A stretch of 64,000 bases of DNA, taken from contig JBAXAI010000006.1 in the NCBI GenBank assembly GCA_037142615.1, positions 1-64,000 of the forward strand, written 5' to 3'. Below the pieces are notes generated by a model. The model was not told the DNA's origin. It saw only the letters and a program-made list of their open reading frames with translations, and did no database searches. The translations under genes and the position numbers were made by a program. Of this stretch, positions 29,267 to 38,394 are shown piece by piece; positions within the stretch are counted from its first letter, which is position 1; every line of letters starts with the position of its first letter. This DNA comes from Spirochaetales bacterium (lineage in GTDB: Bacteria > Spirochaetota > Spirochaetia > JABEVK01).

Positions 29267-30466
29267 TCAGAAGGCGAAGCCGGTAAACGTGACCTTCAGT
29301 TGCGGATCGATCTCGTCTTCCGAGCCGGGGAGCGGGCCCGAGCCGGTCACTGTGAGGTGGGAGTACAGCTTGGCCTCGGCCTGCCATGTGCCCGAGGTGC
29401 CGTTGGACCAGGTTCCCCCGGCGGCGAGGGTCAGGTCGGGGCTGGCGACCCAACTGACGCGGGGACTCAGCTGCCACGAGTCCTCGGAGAGCGCGTCGAG
29501 GCCCGAGCACGAGACCGACACGGTCGACCCGGCAAGCTTGGAAAGCCCCAGGTTCCCGGCCAAAAAGTGGGTGCCATCGCCGGTGCCGTCGTAGTAGTAC
29601 TGACCGGCGGCGTTGAGGCTCCAACGCTTTTCGGAGTCGTCTTTGCTGTACGAAAAACCCACCGTCTGCTGCGTCTGTAAATTGTCGCTGGCCCACAACA
29701 GCACCGACTCGGTGTACCAGTCGATGCCGAGCAGCCGGAACACCGAGGTCGTGAAGACCCGGGGCGATTTGTCTTGCGACGGCTGGTAGAACCCTCCGGC
29801 GGCCAACTCGGTACCGGCGACCACCCACGTTCCCAGCCCCGAGAACGTCACGTCGGAGCCCACCGTGACCGCCTCGGTGGAAATCACGGCCTGATAGGTG
29901 CCCAGGGTGCCCGCCTCGAGCGAGGCCTTGAGCGCCGTAGGGCCTTCGCGGCTGGCACCGGTGTCGGCAGGGTCGATGGCCGTCAGGCTCAATACGTCTG
30001 CGGGGCTGTAGTAGACGCCTTTTCCCCACGAAAGGAACTGCTTCCCCACGCGAAAGTAGGCGTTGTCGCCGCCCTGGAAGTCGGCAAAGGCCTCGCTGAC
30101 GTGAAAACTCGCCGTCCCGGTGGCGGGGTCAAAGCTCCAGGTGGATTTGGCACCGATCCGCAGGTTTTCGTCGGGCCGGGCGGTGAGGCCCACGACGAGC
30201 GACAAGGACTGCGCCAGGATCGGGTCGTCGTCAACCCAAACCGCCGTTGCCCGGGCGTTGAGCTCGCCAAAAAGCGTGGTCTGGAGGTCTGACCCCAAAA
30301 ACTTTCCGGCCACATCGACCGAGGGGGTGGTGGACTCGGCGGCGACACCGGCCTCGGGGGCATCGAACAGGGCGTCGTCGATCGACTGACCATAAACGGG
30401 GACAGACCTCAAGGCCAAAAGGGCCACGAACCAAACTGCGGGGGAGATTCTCATCGGGGGTTTCAC
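29267..30466 (-). CDS. Outer-membrane beta-barrel partner of LolA-like/ABC module
   Basis: Signal peptide; EAFADF...FRVGKQFLSWGKGVYYSPADVL...REG; terminal Phe. Confidence 0.7.
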   Translation of the reverse strand: MKPPMRISPAVWFVALLALRSVPVYGQSIDDALFDAPEAGVAAESTTPSVDVAGKFLGSDLQTTLFGELNARATAVWVDDDPILAQSLSLVVGLTARPDENLRIGAKSTWSFDPATGTASFHVSEAFADFQGGDNAYFRVGKQFLSWGKGVYYSPADVLSLTAIDPADTGASREGPTALKASLEAGTLGTYQAVISTEAVTVGSDVTFSGLGTWVVAGTELAAGGFYQPSQDKSPRVFTTSVFRLLGIDWYTESVLLWASDNLQTQQTVGFSYSKDDSEKRWSLNAAGQYYYDGTGDGTHFLAGNLGLSKLAGSTVSVSCSGLDALSEDSWQLSPRVSWVASPDLTLAAGGTWSNGTSGTWQAEAKLYSHLTVTGSGPLPGSEDEIDPQLKVTFTGFAF

Positions 30467-30478
30467 GTTGGGGGGCTC

Positions 30479-31228
30479 CTAGTTGGTGGCTTTTTCCAGA
30501 AAGGCTTTGGTGAAAATCTCGTCGGACAACGTTTTGACCGAAGCGTCCGAGATGGTCATTTCGGTGCGTTTGCCGGTCACGAGGGCATCCACGTAGATCT
30601 TGCGGGTGGCGATGAGCTTGGTGCCGACCTTGGCGTACGAGGGGAACAGGCTGGTCCTCAGCAGGCGGCCGGTCGGGCTCGACTCCTCGGCCTTGAGGGC
30701 GGTGTTGTTGGCTTTGTTCACCCAGAGCTTCTGTTTGGCGTAGGTCACGCCCGTGTTCACCGCTTCGAGCTCGAGAATCCAGACGTCGAACTTGCCCAGC
30801 GTGCCCGAAGTGGAGCCGGTCACCTGGTAGTCCTCGGCGAGGGTCGACTTTTCCATGTCGGAGTTGCGGGCATCGCTGCCGGAAAAGCTGTCTTTCATCG
30901 AGGTGAAACTGAACTTGCGGCTGGTCGGGTCGTAGGTATAAAGCTCGTCACCGGTCTTGAGGTAGCCGGTACCCTTTTTGGCTTCCGGGGAAAGCTGCAG
31001 GATGGTGAAGGTGCTCTTGGCGTCCCGGCGGAAGATGGCGAAGGTCTCGTCGCTGTTGCCGTTTTCCGGGTCGGTTTTTTTGAGCTGCACGACCGCAGAA
31101 CAGTCCACATCGTCGAAATCGGTGGCCTTGTCGACCTGCGCCAACAGTTTGGCAAAGTCCACGTCTTGGGCAAAGGTGGCCAGCGGTGCCACGAGGGTCA
31201 GAGTCAAAAGCAGGAAGAGGTGTTTCAT
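30479..31228 (-). CDS. Outer-membrane lipoprotein-sorting protein (LolA-like)
   Basis: PEAKKGTGYLK, DSFSGSDARNSD, YAKQKLWV, FTKAFLE; true start 31228 (ATGA overlap). Confidence 0.85.
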   Translation of the reverse strand: MKHLFLLLTLTLVAPLATFAQDVDFAKLLAQVDKATDFDDVDCSAVVQLKKTDPENGNSDETFAIFRRDAKSTFTILQLSPEAKKGTGYLKTGDELYTYDPTSRKFSFTSMKDSFSGSDARNSDMEKSTLAEDYQVTGSTSGTLGKFDVWILELEAVNTGVTYAKQKLWVNKANNTALKAEESSPTGRLLRTSLFPSYAKVGTKLIATRKIYVDALVTGKRTEMTISDASVKTLSDEIFTKAFLEKATN

Positions 31229-32508
31229 GAACGGCTCCTTAAAGCGTCTGCGGGAAGTAAGTTGGCGGCGGTTCGTGCCGGTCGCCACGCGGCGACCAGG
31301 CCGGCGGCGAAGATCAAGACGGCGGCGACGAGGACTTGCGAAAGATCGGGCACAAAGCGGAGCTTTCCCTGCGACAAAAAGATGCCCAAGGCGTTTCCGA
31401 GGTCGAACGTGCCCAATGAGAGTAGCGCCCCAACCAGCACGGCCAGCAAGGCACCGCCGACGAGGCCAAGCGCGAGGACCGCCGCCGCTTCTGCCAGAAA
31501 GACGATGAGGATTCCCTTTTTGCGGAGTCCGATCGCCCTCAGGGTGCCGATCTCGACGGTGCGTTCCCTCAGGATCATGCGGAAGGTGTTCGAGATCCCC
31601 AGTACGATGACGGCCATCAGGACGAAGAAGATCACCAGCGAAAGGGATTGAATGGTGGAAAAAAGCGAGGTGAACATCGACAAAAAGTCGTCGAGGATGC
31701 TCACCGAGTACCGTGGGCCCGACCACCGAACCTCACCGCCCTCGCTCACCGTGTCGCGCCTGAGCTTGACCGTGGCCACCGCTGCCAGCGTTTGTTCCAG
31801 ACTGGCTGCGACCTGGGTTTGTTGGTTCAGATCGTTCAGGGTCAGGTTCAACGCTTGGAACTGCCCCTCTTCCAGGCCCAACATTTGACCGGCCTGCGCC
31901 AGAGAGAGGTAGCTGTCGGAGCCGAACAGCCCGTTCGCGGCACTCTGGGCCACGGCGGCCACGGTGACATCGAGCACGCTCTGCTGGCCGTCGAGGGTGG
32001 TAAACTTCAGCAACAGGCTGTCGCCGGGTTGGACACCCAAGCGGGTCGCTGTGCTTGAATTGAGCACCACCTGCCCCAGGCCCAAGCTCGAGGGAAGGGT
32101 TCCCGCGGTGGCGGTCAGGCCGTCGCGAACGTCGGCCTCCCTTTCCCATTCGAGGCCAATCAAGCGGGTTTGCGACGACTTTGAGCCGAAAATCAGCGTT
32201 GTTTCGACGGTGGATCGACGATGGAAGGATTTGACGAGGTCGCCTTGGGTGGCCACAGCGGCCTCGAGCTCAGCGGACGGCGTGAGCGCCGAGACGATCT
32301 TCCCATTGGCATTCCACACCTCGGCCTTGATAAACACATGGCCGCCATGCACACGGGACATGTTTTCCTTGAGGCCAGCAGCCATGCCGCCGGTCAGGCC
32401 CACCAAAAGGGCGACGGCCGCAAAACCGAGGGCCACGGCGGCGGCCAAGAGACTCGTCCGGCGTTTCTGGCGGACGAGGTTTCGAAAAGCGAGAGCAATC
32501 AGGTTCAC
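31225..32508 (-). CDS. FtsX/LolE-like ABC permease
   Basis: AFRNLVRQKRRTSL, ERTVEIGTLRAIG, PARTAANLLPADALR. Confidence 0.92.
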   Translation of the reverse strand: MNLIALAFRNLVRQKRRTSLLAAAVALGFAAVALLVGLTGGMAAGLKENMSRVHGGHVFIKAEVWNANGKIVSALTPSAELEAAVATQGDLVKSFHRRSTVETTLIFGSKSSQTRLIGLEWEREADVRDGLTATAGTLPSSLGLGQVVLNSSTATRLGVQPGDSLLLKFTTLDGQQSVLDVTVAAVAQSAANGLFGSDSYLSLAQAGQMLGLEEGQFQALNLTLNDLNQQTQVAASLEQTLAAVATVKLRRDTVSEGGEVRWSGPRYSVSILDDFLSMFTSLFSTIQSLSLVIFFVLMAVIVLGISNTFRMILRERTVEIGTLRAIGLRKKGILIVFLAEAAAVLALGLVGGALLAVLVGALLSLGTFDLGNALGIFLSQGKLRFVPDLSQVLVAAVLIFAAGLVAAWRPARTAANLLPADALRSRS

Positions 32509-32523
32509 AGGAATCTCCTTGGA

Positions 32524-33957
32524 TTAGTCACTCTGGATCGCCTTGAGGGGGCTCAGGCGCAGCGCGGTTTGCGCGGGGTACAACCCGGCCATCAGCGCGA
32601 CGGCCACCATTTGGGCCCAAGCCAGCAACGAGCCGAGGGGCGAGAGCACCGGTTTGACCTGCTTGCCCGAGAACAGCATCTGCAAAAAGACCGAGTCGAC
32701 CGTGAGCCCGACCAGGTTGGTTAACCCCAGCACGAGCCAGGCGAGGGCGACGCCCACGGCCCCAGCGCCCACGCCCAGAAACAGCACTTCGAGCAAAATG
32801 AGGTTGCGGATGACCCGTCGCCGCCCGCCCAAGGCCCGCATGGTGCCGATTTCGGAGGTTCGTTCCGACACCGAGATCAGAAGCGCGTTGGTAACGATGA
32901 ACACCGCCACCAGAGCGATGATCAGGATCACCAAGCTGAAGGCCGACTTCATGGCTACTACGGGGGTGGCGCTTCTTCCGGCACCCACAAGCCAGTCTTG
33001 CACCTGCACCTCAGCGCCCGCCTGAGCCAACGCTTTCGACAAAATTTGCCGCGCGGCCTCGGAATCCACGCCGTTTTTGAGGCCCACGGTGACGATCTCC
33101 CACGCCTGAGGGTCGGCGGTGAGGGCCACCGGTCGTCCGATACCCCCGGAGGTGATGCTGTCGAGATTGATGCCCGAGGAACCGGCGAGGTCGGGCGAAT
33201 CGCCAGAGAACAACGCGTCCTCGTCGATTATCTCGGCGTTCGCCGTTGTGGCCGAAGCTTCGAGGGTGTAGCCCTTGAGCAACCGAAGGCTGTCGCTGTC
33301 GCACCAACCGATGCGCGACAGTGGCCCCTGCTCCACGGGTTCGGTCGTGATGCCCGTCAGCGGCAGTTCCACGATCTTGCCCCCGGCCACGGCCAGCGAA
33401 ACGTTGAGGGTGTCGCCGATCCCCCGAGTGGTTCCCGCCCGCTTGTTGAGCGACGCGAGGGTGTCGGCGTTCAAAATCAGCCCCCGGTCGCCCGGTTTCC
33501 AGTAACCGCCTTGCTCAAAGGTGAGGGTCTGGGGAAAAGCCGCCTGGTAACGGTCCGGGTCAATCCCGAGCACCTGAATCATGCCGCTGGCCTTTTCGCC
33601 CACGAGGAGCAACACGGGGGCGACGTTTTGCCCGCTCCAATGGGCCACCACGGGCGACGCGTTCAGCACCGTTTCGACGGTGGAAAAACCCGAGAGGGGC
33701 AGCACCGTTTCGGCATCAGGCCCGGGGTCGGACCCAAAGACGGTGATGGAAGCCTTGGTGGGCGCCGCCAGAAACAGGTCGCCGGTGTACTTGTCGCGGT
33801 ACGACTGGCGCAAGCCTTCGGTGGCCGCGTCGAGAAAGCCATTGCCCACGATGACCAGGGCCAGACCCAGCGCCATGATGCCACCGACGCTCAGGGTTCG
33901 CCGCCGGTGTTCGGCCAGGTTCCGGTGGGCAACCGTCCACAGCACCGGCCATTTCAT
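32524..33957 (-). CDS. FtsX/LolC-like ABC permease
   Basis: AHRNLAEHRRRTL, ERTSEIGTMRALG, YPAQTALRLSPLKAI. Confidence 0.92.
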   Translation of the reverse strand: MKWPVLWTVAHRNLAEHRRRTLSVGGIMALGLALVIVGNGFLDAATEGLRQSYRDKYTGDLFLAAPTKASITVFGSDPGPDAETVLPLSGFSTVETVLNASPVVAHWSGQNVAPVLLLVGEKASGMIQVLGIDPDRYQAAFPQTLTFEQGGYWKPGDRGLILNADTLASLNKRAGTTRGIGDTLNVSLAVAGGKIVELPLTGITTEPVEQGPLSRIGWCDSDSLRLLKGYTLEASATTANAEIIDEDALFSGDSPDLAGSSGINLDSITSGGIGRPVALTADPQAWEIVTVGLKNGVDSEAARQILSKALAQAGAEVQVQDWLVGAGRSATPVVAMKSAFSLVILIIALVAVFIVTNALLISVSERTSEIGTMRALGGRRRVIRNLILLEVLFLGVGAGAVGVALAWLVLGLTNLVGLTVDSVFLQMLFSGKQVKPVLSPLGSLLAWAQMVAVALMAGLYPAQTALRLSPLKAIQSD

Positions 33958-34664
33958 CGCACGAATCCCGGGACGAGGGAGTTTTCGACCACCACGCCGT
34001 CGAGGATGCGGATCACGTGGTCGGCCACGTCGACGATCCGCTGGTCGTGGGTCGAGAAGATGAAGGTGGTCCCCAGCTCATGGCTGATCCGTTTCATCAG
34101 GTCGATGATGGCCTCGCCGGTCTTGGAGTCGAGGTTGGCGGTGGGTTCGTCGGCCATGACGATGCGGGGCCGGTTCACCAGCGAGCGGGCGATGGCGACC
34201 CGCTGGCGCTGGCCACCGGAAAGCTCGTTGGGCCTGTGCAGCCGCCAGTCGGACAGCCCCACCGCCTCGATCAGATGGTCGATCCATTGCTGGTCGGGTG
34301 CGGGCCGTCGGCCGGTGCCAATCAGAAGCGGAAACTCCACGTTTTCGCGCACCGAGAGCACCGGAATCAGGTTGAACGACTGGAAGATGAACCCGATGAC
34401 CTGGTGGCGCAGGTCGGTGATCTGGTCGTCGCCCAGGCTGCGGGTCGACACGCCTTCGAGGAACACTTCGCCCTCGGTGGGGGTGTCGAGGCAGCCCAGC
34501 AGGTTGAGCAGCGTGGTCTTTCCGGAGCCCGAAGGCCCCGCGATCGAGATAAAATCGCCCCGGCTCAGGTCAAAATCGATGCCCCGCAGGGCCCAGACTT
34601 CGGTCTTGCCAAGAGGGTACATCTTTTTGACCCCCCGGACGGAAACGACAGGTTCAGTATTCAT
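33954..34664 (-). CDS. ABC ATP-binding protein (LolD/MacB-like)
   Basis: GPSGSGKT, LSGGQRQRV, ADEPTANLD, STHD. Confidence 0.95.
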   Translation of the reverse strand: MNTEPVVSVRGVKKMYPLGKTEVWALRGIDFDLSRGDFISIAGPSGSGKTTLLNLLGCLDTPTEGEVFLEGVSTRSLGDDQITDLRHQVIGFIFQSFNLIPVLSVRENVEFPLLIGTGRRPAPDQQWIDHLIEAVGLSDWRLHRPNELSGGQRQRVAIARSLVNRPRIVMADEPTANLDSKTGEAIIDLMKRISHELGTTFIFSTHDQRIVDVADHVIRILDGVVVENSLVPGFVR

Positions 34665-34687
34665 GTCACCTCCCGTGTACAGGAAGG

Positions 34688-34740
34688 ACATTACTGCCAG
34701 AAAACGGTGCGATCGACCGCCCCGCTCCGTTCGGACGCTT
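34688..34740 (-). promoter_or_regulatory. Conserved operator + -10, copy 2
   Basis: AAGCGTCCGAACGGAGCGGGGCGGTCG-N20-TAATGT. Confidence 0.8.
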
Positions 34741-36282
34741 CTACCGGGTCAGCCTCAAGTACGGGCCGTCGTGCACCACCTCCCTGAGGGTCTCAGTTGG
34801 CCTTGGCGGCGCACCGGGTGGCCGGGCACCGGGTGGCGGTTCCCCAGGCGGCTGTCCACCCGGCGGTGGCCCTCCGGGCGGTGGTCCTCCTGCCTGTGGC
34901 CCACCGCGTCCGACCAGCTCGGTCCGTCCGGTTTTGACGTCGAGGAACAGGTAGTCTTCGCCCTCTTCCCGGTCTTCCGGGAGGAACGACTCGGCCTGGG
35001 CAATGTGAACCCGCAGCCACCAGGCACTCCACCATTCGGTGCCGTGTTCGGTGACGATGGTCGTGTGTGCCGGGTCCTTCAACAGCGGAGCCAGACTCTT
35101 GAGTTCCGCCATGGCCGGAGCATCGAGCACGGGTTGGCCACCTTGGGTGATCACGGGCAAGCTGGTCACCAGGCCAGCCGCAATTGCAACACCCAAAAGG
35201 GTTCGGCGCCACCAGGCGCGCGCCAGGTGGAGAACGGCAAAACCCAGCAACACCAGTGTGGGCAAGAGCGCGATCAGGCTGAACCGAAGTTCCTTGTCGG
35301 ACCCGAACCACGGCCCGGTGATCAGAAGAACCGTGACCGCTGACCCGACCACCAACGCCAGGTCGGCGGGCTCAAGTTCGCGTCGTCGCTTCCAGACAAG
35401 GACAAGCGCAGGCAACACGGCCAACGAAAACGCCGCGAAGGTCCACCAGGTTTCCAGAAAGGATTTGCCGCTGGGCACCGTGGGACCTTGCCTCCCGTCG
35501 GAAGCGAACGACGAGGGATTGCTGAAGGCCGTTACGAGGCGCTCGATGCGGTCCGGGTCGAACTTCCAGGCCACCAGGGCCGAAGTGGCCGCGAGGATTA
35601 CCAGGCCTGCCAGAATCCACGGCAGGTAGTTCCCGAGTTTCAACTGGCGGCCTTGGCGGATACCAAACACCAGCAAGGTGGCACCGATCAGCACCACCGC
35701 GACGCCCAGTACCCCGATGTGAGTCAGCCCCAGCGGCACCAGGCACACCAGCAAGGCTGCACGCCGTCGGCGCGTGGGCGTGTGCAGCCAGTCCCGCAAC
35801 AGCAGCATCAACAGCGCCAAAAACACCAGCGCCAGCGAGTTTTTTTGCAGCTCACCGACGATGAGCAGCCACGGGAGGGCCAGCACCGACAACGCCGCAC
35901 CGACGAGCGGCACCCCGTCGCCCCGACCCAGGCTTGGCGCCCAGCGCCGAAGCAGAAAAAACACCGGCAGCGCCACCAGAACGGGCAGGACGGCATCGCA
36001 CAGTTTGACGGCCAGCAGGATGGCGTCGGAACTGGTCATCCAACCCGGCAAGGGCAGAACGCCGGCGAGGGCCGCCTGCACGCCGAAGGTGAGCGGCATA
36101 TCGGGCAGACCCAAGGTTCCCCGCTCCAGCAGCGCCCGCGTCTGGATCAAATAGTAGGCGCCGTTCACGCCGGGCATATCGGGCGTGCTGAACAGCAGCC
36201 ACGCCCGCGCGGCCACGGCGAGCAACAGAAGGGCGGTCAGAATCACCGGGGTCAGGTTCACGTTCGGATGGTGGGATTTCAT
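34741..36282 (-). CDS. Polytopic membrane protein (possibly GT-C-like) with Pro/Gly-rich tail
   Basis: About 12 hydrophobic segments; GVNGAYY loop after TM1; GGPPP repeats. Confidence 0.6.
   Translation of the reverse strand: MKSHHPNVNLTPVILTALLLLAVAARAWLLFSTPDMPGVNGAYYLIQTRALLERGTLGLPDMPLTFGVQAALAGVLPLPGWMTSSDAILLAVKLCDAVLPVLVALPVFFLLRRWAPSLGRGDGVPLVGAALSVLALPWLLIVGELQKNSLALVFLALLMLLLRDWLHTPTRRRRAALLVCLVPLGLTHIGVLGVAVVLIGATLLVFGIRQGRQLKLGNYLPWILAGLVILAATSALVAWKFDPDRIERLVTAFSNPSSFASDGRQGPTVPSGKSFLETWWTFAAFSLAVLPALVLVWKRRRELEPADLALVVGSAVTVLLITGPWFGSDKELRFSLIALLPTLVLLGFAVLHLARAWWRRTLLGVAIAAGLVTSLPVITQGGQPVLDAPAMAELKSLAPLLKDPAHTTIVTEHGTEWWSAWWLRVHIAQAESFLPEDREEGEDYLFLDVKTGRTELVGRGGPQAGGPPPGGPPPGGQPPGEPPPGARPPGAPPRPTETLREVVHDGPYLRLTR
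34801..34906 (-). repeat. Degenerate 15-bp tandem repeat encoding (GGPPP)n
   Basis: GGPQA GGPPP GGPPP GGQPP GEPPP GARPP GAPPR. Confidence 0.8.
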
Positions 36283-36299
36283 GGTCAACTCCAGGTCCG

Positions 36300-36353
36300 A
36301 CTGTACCAACAAGCGGTGGAGCCCGCGACCGCCCCGCTAAGGTCGGACTCTTT
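36300..36353 (-). promoter_or_regulatory. Conserved operator + -10, copy 3
   Basis: AAAGAGTCCGACCTTAGCGGGGCGGTCG-N20-TACAGT; the TAG in the motif is the upstream gene's stop. Confidence 0.8.
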
Positions 36354-37101
36354 CGCGCTCGAGTTCGGCGGCCTTTCGCAGCGATACAGCGCCGACCCGG
36401 GTCAGGCGGGAACCGTCGGGCACTTTGGTGCCGCGCCGAACGTAGCTGCCAAGGCCGATGACGCAGTTGCGGCCGATGGAGACGCCGGGGGCAATGTAGC
36501 AGTTCGCACCGATCAACGTTCCGGAACCGATCACGATCCGGTCGAGAATAAGGTGGTCCTGTTCCCAAAGGTGGCAGGAAATCTCGGCTCCGCCACCGAT
36601 CGTAACGTTGTCGCCCAGTTCCAGCAGGTACGCATCGTTGAGCATGAACGCATTCAAATAGCAGTTCTTCCCCATGCGGCAACCGGTCAGCAAGAAGAAC
36701 ATGTTGCTGAACCAACTGACGGGAATCAGGGGCAAAACCAAGCGGTAGGCCATGGTCGTGATGCCCGAAGCGATGAGCCAGCGCACAGTCGTGAGTGAGG
36801 CCTTGGGGTACTTGCCGGGCTTGAACCCGAGGGTCAAAAGCCTCACCAGGCTACCCATGATCACCGTCGAGGCCATCAGAAACACGAAGTACGCGGCGCC
36901 GAGACTCAAGCCGACCAGCAAGACCCTTCCGACTTCCACGGGCGCACCCAAGGGCAACCAGGTCTGCCAGGCCCAAAGAGCCACGGCCAGCGGCGGTGTG
37001 AAGCAGAGCCCCAAAACGACCGCGTAGACGGCGTAGACCACGATGGCCAAAACCAACTGAACAGGTTGAGAGGCGGCAATACGCTCCAGAAGTGTGCTCA
37101 T
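36337..37101 (-). CDS. Membrane-anchored hexapeptide-repeat (left-handed beta-helix) acyltransferase-like protein
   Basis: TM helices then GCRMGKNCYL, LGDNVTIGGGAEISCH, IGSGTLIGANCYIAPGVSIGRNCVIG. Confidence 0.85.
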   Translation of the reverse strand: MSTLLERIAASQPVQLVLAIVVYAVYAVVLGLCFTPPLAVALWAWQTWLPLGAPVEVGRVLLVGLSLGAAYFVFLMASTVIMGSLVRLLTLGFKPGKYPKASLTTVRWLIASGITTMAYRLVLPLIPVSWFSNMFFLLTGCRMGKNCYLNAFMLNDAYLLELGDNVTIGGGAEISCHLWEQDHLILDRIVIGSGTLIGANCYIAPGVSIGRNCVIGLGSYVRRGTKVPDGSRLTRVGAVSLRKAAELERERVRP

Positions 37102-37107
37102 CTGTCC

Positions 37108-37136
37108 AGTCTAGGTCCGACTCAAGGCCAAAGCAA
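37108..37136 (-). promoter_or_regulatory. Putative leaderless promoter
   Basis: TTGCTT-N17-TAGACT-N6-ATG. Confidence 0.55.
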
Positions 37137-38342
37137 GCACGGTAGCGGCTCCAGCCCTTCGGCCCCCAGCCTCTCCAGAAGCGACGTTTCGAGAGCATCG
37201 CTCACCAGAACGCTGCCGAAAGAGAGGACGAGGCGCCCCTGGTAGCTGACGACCCCGACGTTGGTGCCGGTCCGCTGGGAAGCCCCTGGCAGAAAGGCCA
37301 AGGAACGCACAAAAGAGGCCACGCCCGGTGGCAGCTCAACGGCGCCGAGATTGGAAAGGTGCGAGGTGATGGCCGACTCCCCGAAAACGCCATAGAACAC
37401 CCGCCGAAGCGGGTTGAGCAGAACGCGTGGGAGCAGGTGAAAGCCGATAAACCGGGCCGCCCAGACGTTCCGTGCCACCTGCCGGGACAGCTGATCCGGA
37501 GACTTCTGAGTTTGGAGGGCAAGCCTGACGCGGCTGCAAATCACGTCGAAAGGCGTGGGCTCCTGAGACCAAGGCAGCGACGCGAGAAGCACGCCACTGA
37601 AGTTTCGCAGCGAGATCGAAGGGAACGACCGCCTGAGGTCAGCGGGAACCATCAGCGTGAGAGGTAGCCGCCGTGACTTCGCCTCGCGCCCGAGGGCCAA
37701 CCGAAGGTCTTCCAGGGCCCCCAGTTGCACCGAGGCCAAGTACTCGGTGATGCTCAAGCCAAACCGCGAGGCGCACTCGCGAACCTTCTCGGCAGACATG
37801 CTGACTCCGGAAGCACGGTAGTCAGGACCCGGCAAGCGTTCGCCAGGAACTCGCCAGGCTTTGGCGTAGGGTTCGGGCCACGCCACGCCGGGGCGGTAGT
37901 TCCGCACATAGGAGTCGACCCATTCCTCGGGACGGTAAGGCTCGTTCGGACTCAGAAGCAGGTACTCGGCGAGAACGTCCTTGAGCAACACGAGCGCTCC
38001 AAACCCGTCGCTGAGCACGTGCGACATTTCGAGGGCCAGAACAGCTCCCCGGACACGAAAACGGACCAAAGGCGTGCCCGGAACGTGGATGTCGGCGCCC
38101 TTGCAGGGAACGGGGCCGTCGTCCTCGACGAGCGGTGGCCTGGGCAGGGGCTGCAGGGTCCAGCCCGACCAGGTCTTGGCGAGCTGAACGTAAAACTGAG
38201 AATAGCGCGTGGACAACCGGTCGACCGCCCGTTGAAGCAGCGACCTCTCGAGGACATCAGTAAGCTCGGCGGTCAACCGGAAGAAGGTCGTGTTGTGGTG
38301 GTCAGTGACCGCGGGCATGATGGTTCCAGCTGTGTCGAGCAC
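37122..38342 (-). CDS. Alcohol acyltransferase / condensation-fold (HxxxD) protein
   Basis: SHVLSDGFGA, PADLRRSFPSISLRNF, LSNLGAVELP; RBS GAGGAGG. Confidence 0.8.
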   Translation of the reverse strand: MLDTAGTIMPAVTDHHNTTFFRLTAELTDVLERSLLQRAVDRLSTRYSQFYVQLAKTWSGWTLQPLPRPPLVEDDGPVPCKGADIHVPGTPLVRFRVRGAVLALEMSHVLSDGFGALVLLKDVLAEYLLLSPNEPYRPEEWVDSYVRNYRPGVAWPEPYAKAWRVPGERLPGPDYRASGVSMSAEKVRECASRFGLSITEYLASVQLGALEDLRLALGREAKSRRLPLTLMVPADLRRSFPSISLRNFSGVLLASLPWSQEPTPFDVICSRVRLALQTQKSPDQLSRQVARNVWAARFIGFHLLPRVLLNPLRRVFYGVFGESAITSHLSNLGAVELPPGVASFVRSLAFLPGASQRTGTNVGVVSYQGRLVLSFGSVLVSDALETSLLERLGAEGLEPLPCLLWP

Positions 38343-38359
38343 GGTGACCTCCTCGCCTA

Positions 38360-38394
38360 AGCATAGTGCTGATTCCCTAAGTTCGGACGCTTTT
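38360..38394 (-). promoter_or_regulatory. Partial operator copy 4 at the AraC 3' end
   Basis: AAAAGCGTCCGAACTTAG-N11-TATGCT; second half-site absent, spacing 20 bp shorter than in copies 1-3. Confidence 0.55.

Noticed and set aside
30479-31726. Extended ORF-track N-termini (also 43396-44940, 54389-55645, 715-1353, 11889-12332)
   Set aside because: Extensions overlap upstream genes in another frame; true starts are at coupled ATGs or after RBSs
32998-35343. 781-aa plus-strand ORF (also 52158-54170, 50193-51947, 44262-45569)
   Set aside because: Antisense to clearly recognisable ABC/MCP genes; no family motifs
29238-38394. Repeated motif as CRISPR repeat or integron attC
   Set aside because: Copies are kilobases apart, lack GTTRRRY/RYYYAAC ends, and no cas or integrase gene is present; fixed spacing to -10 fits an operator
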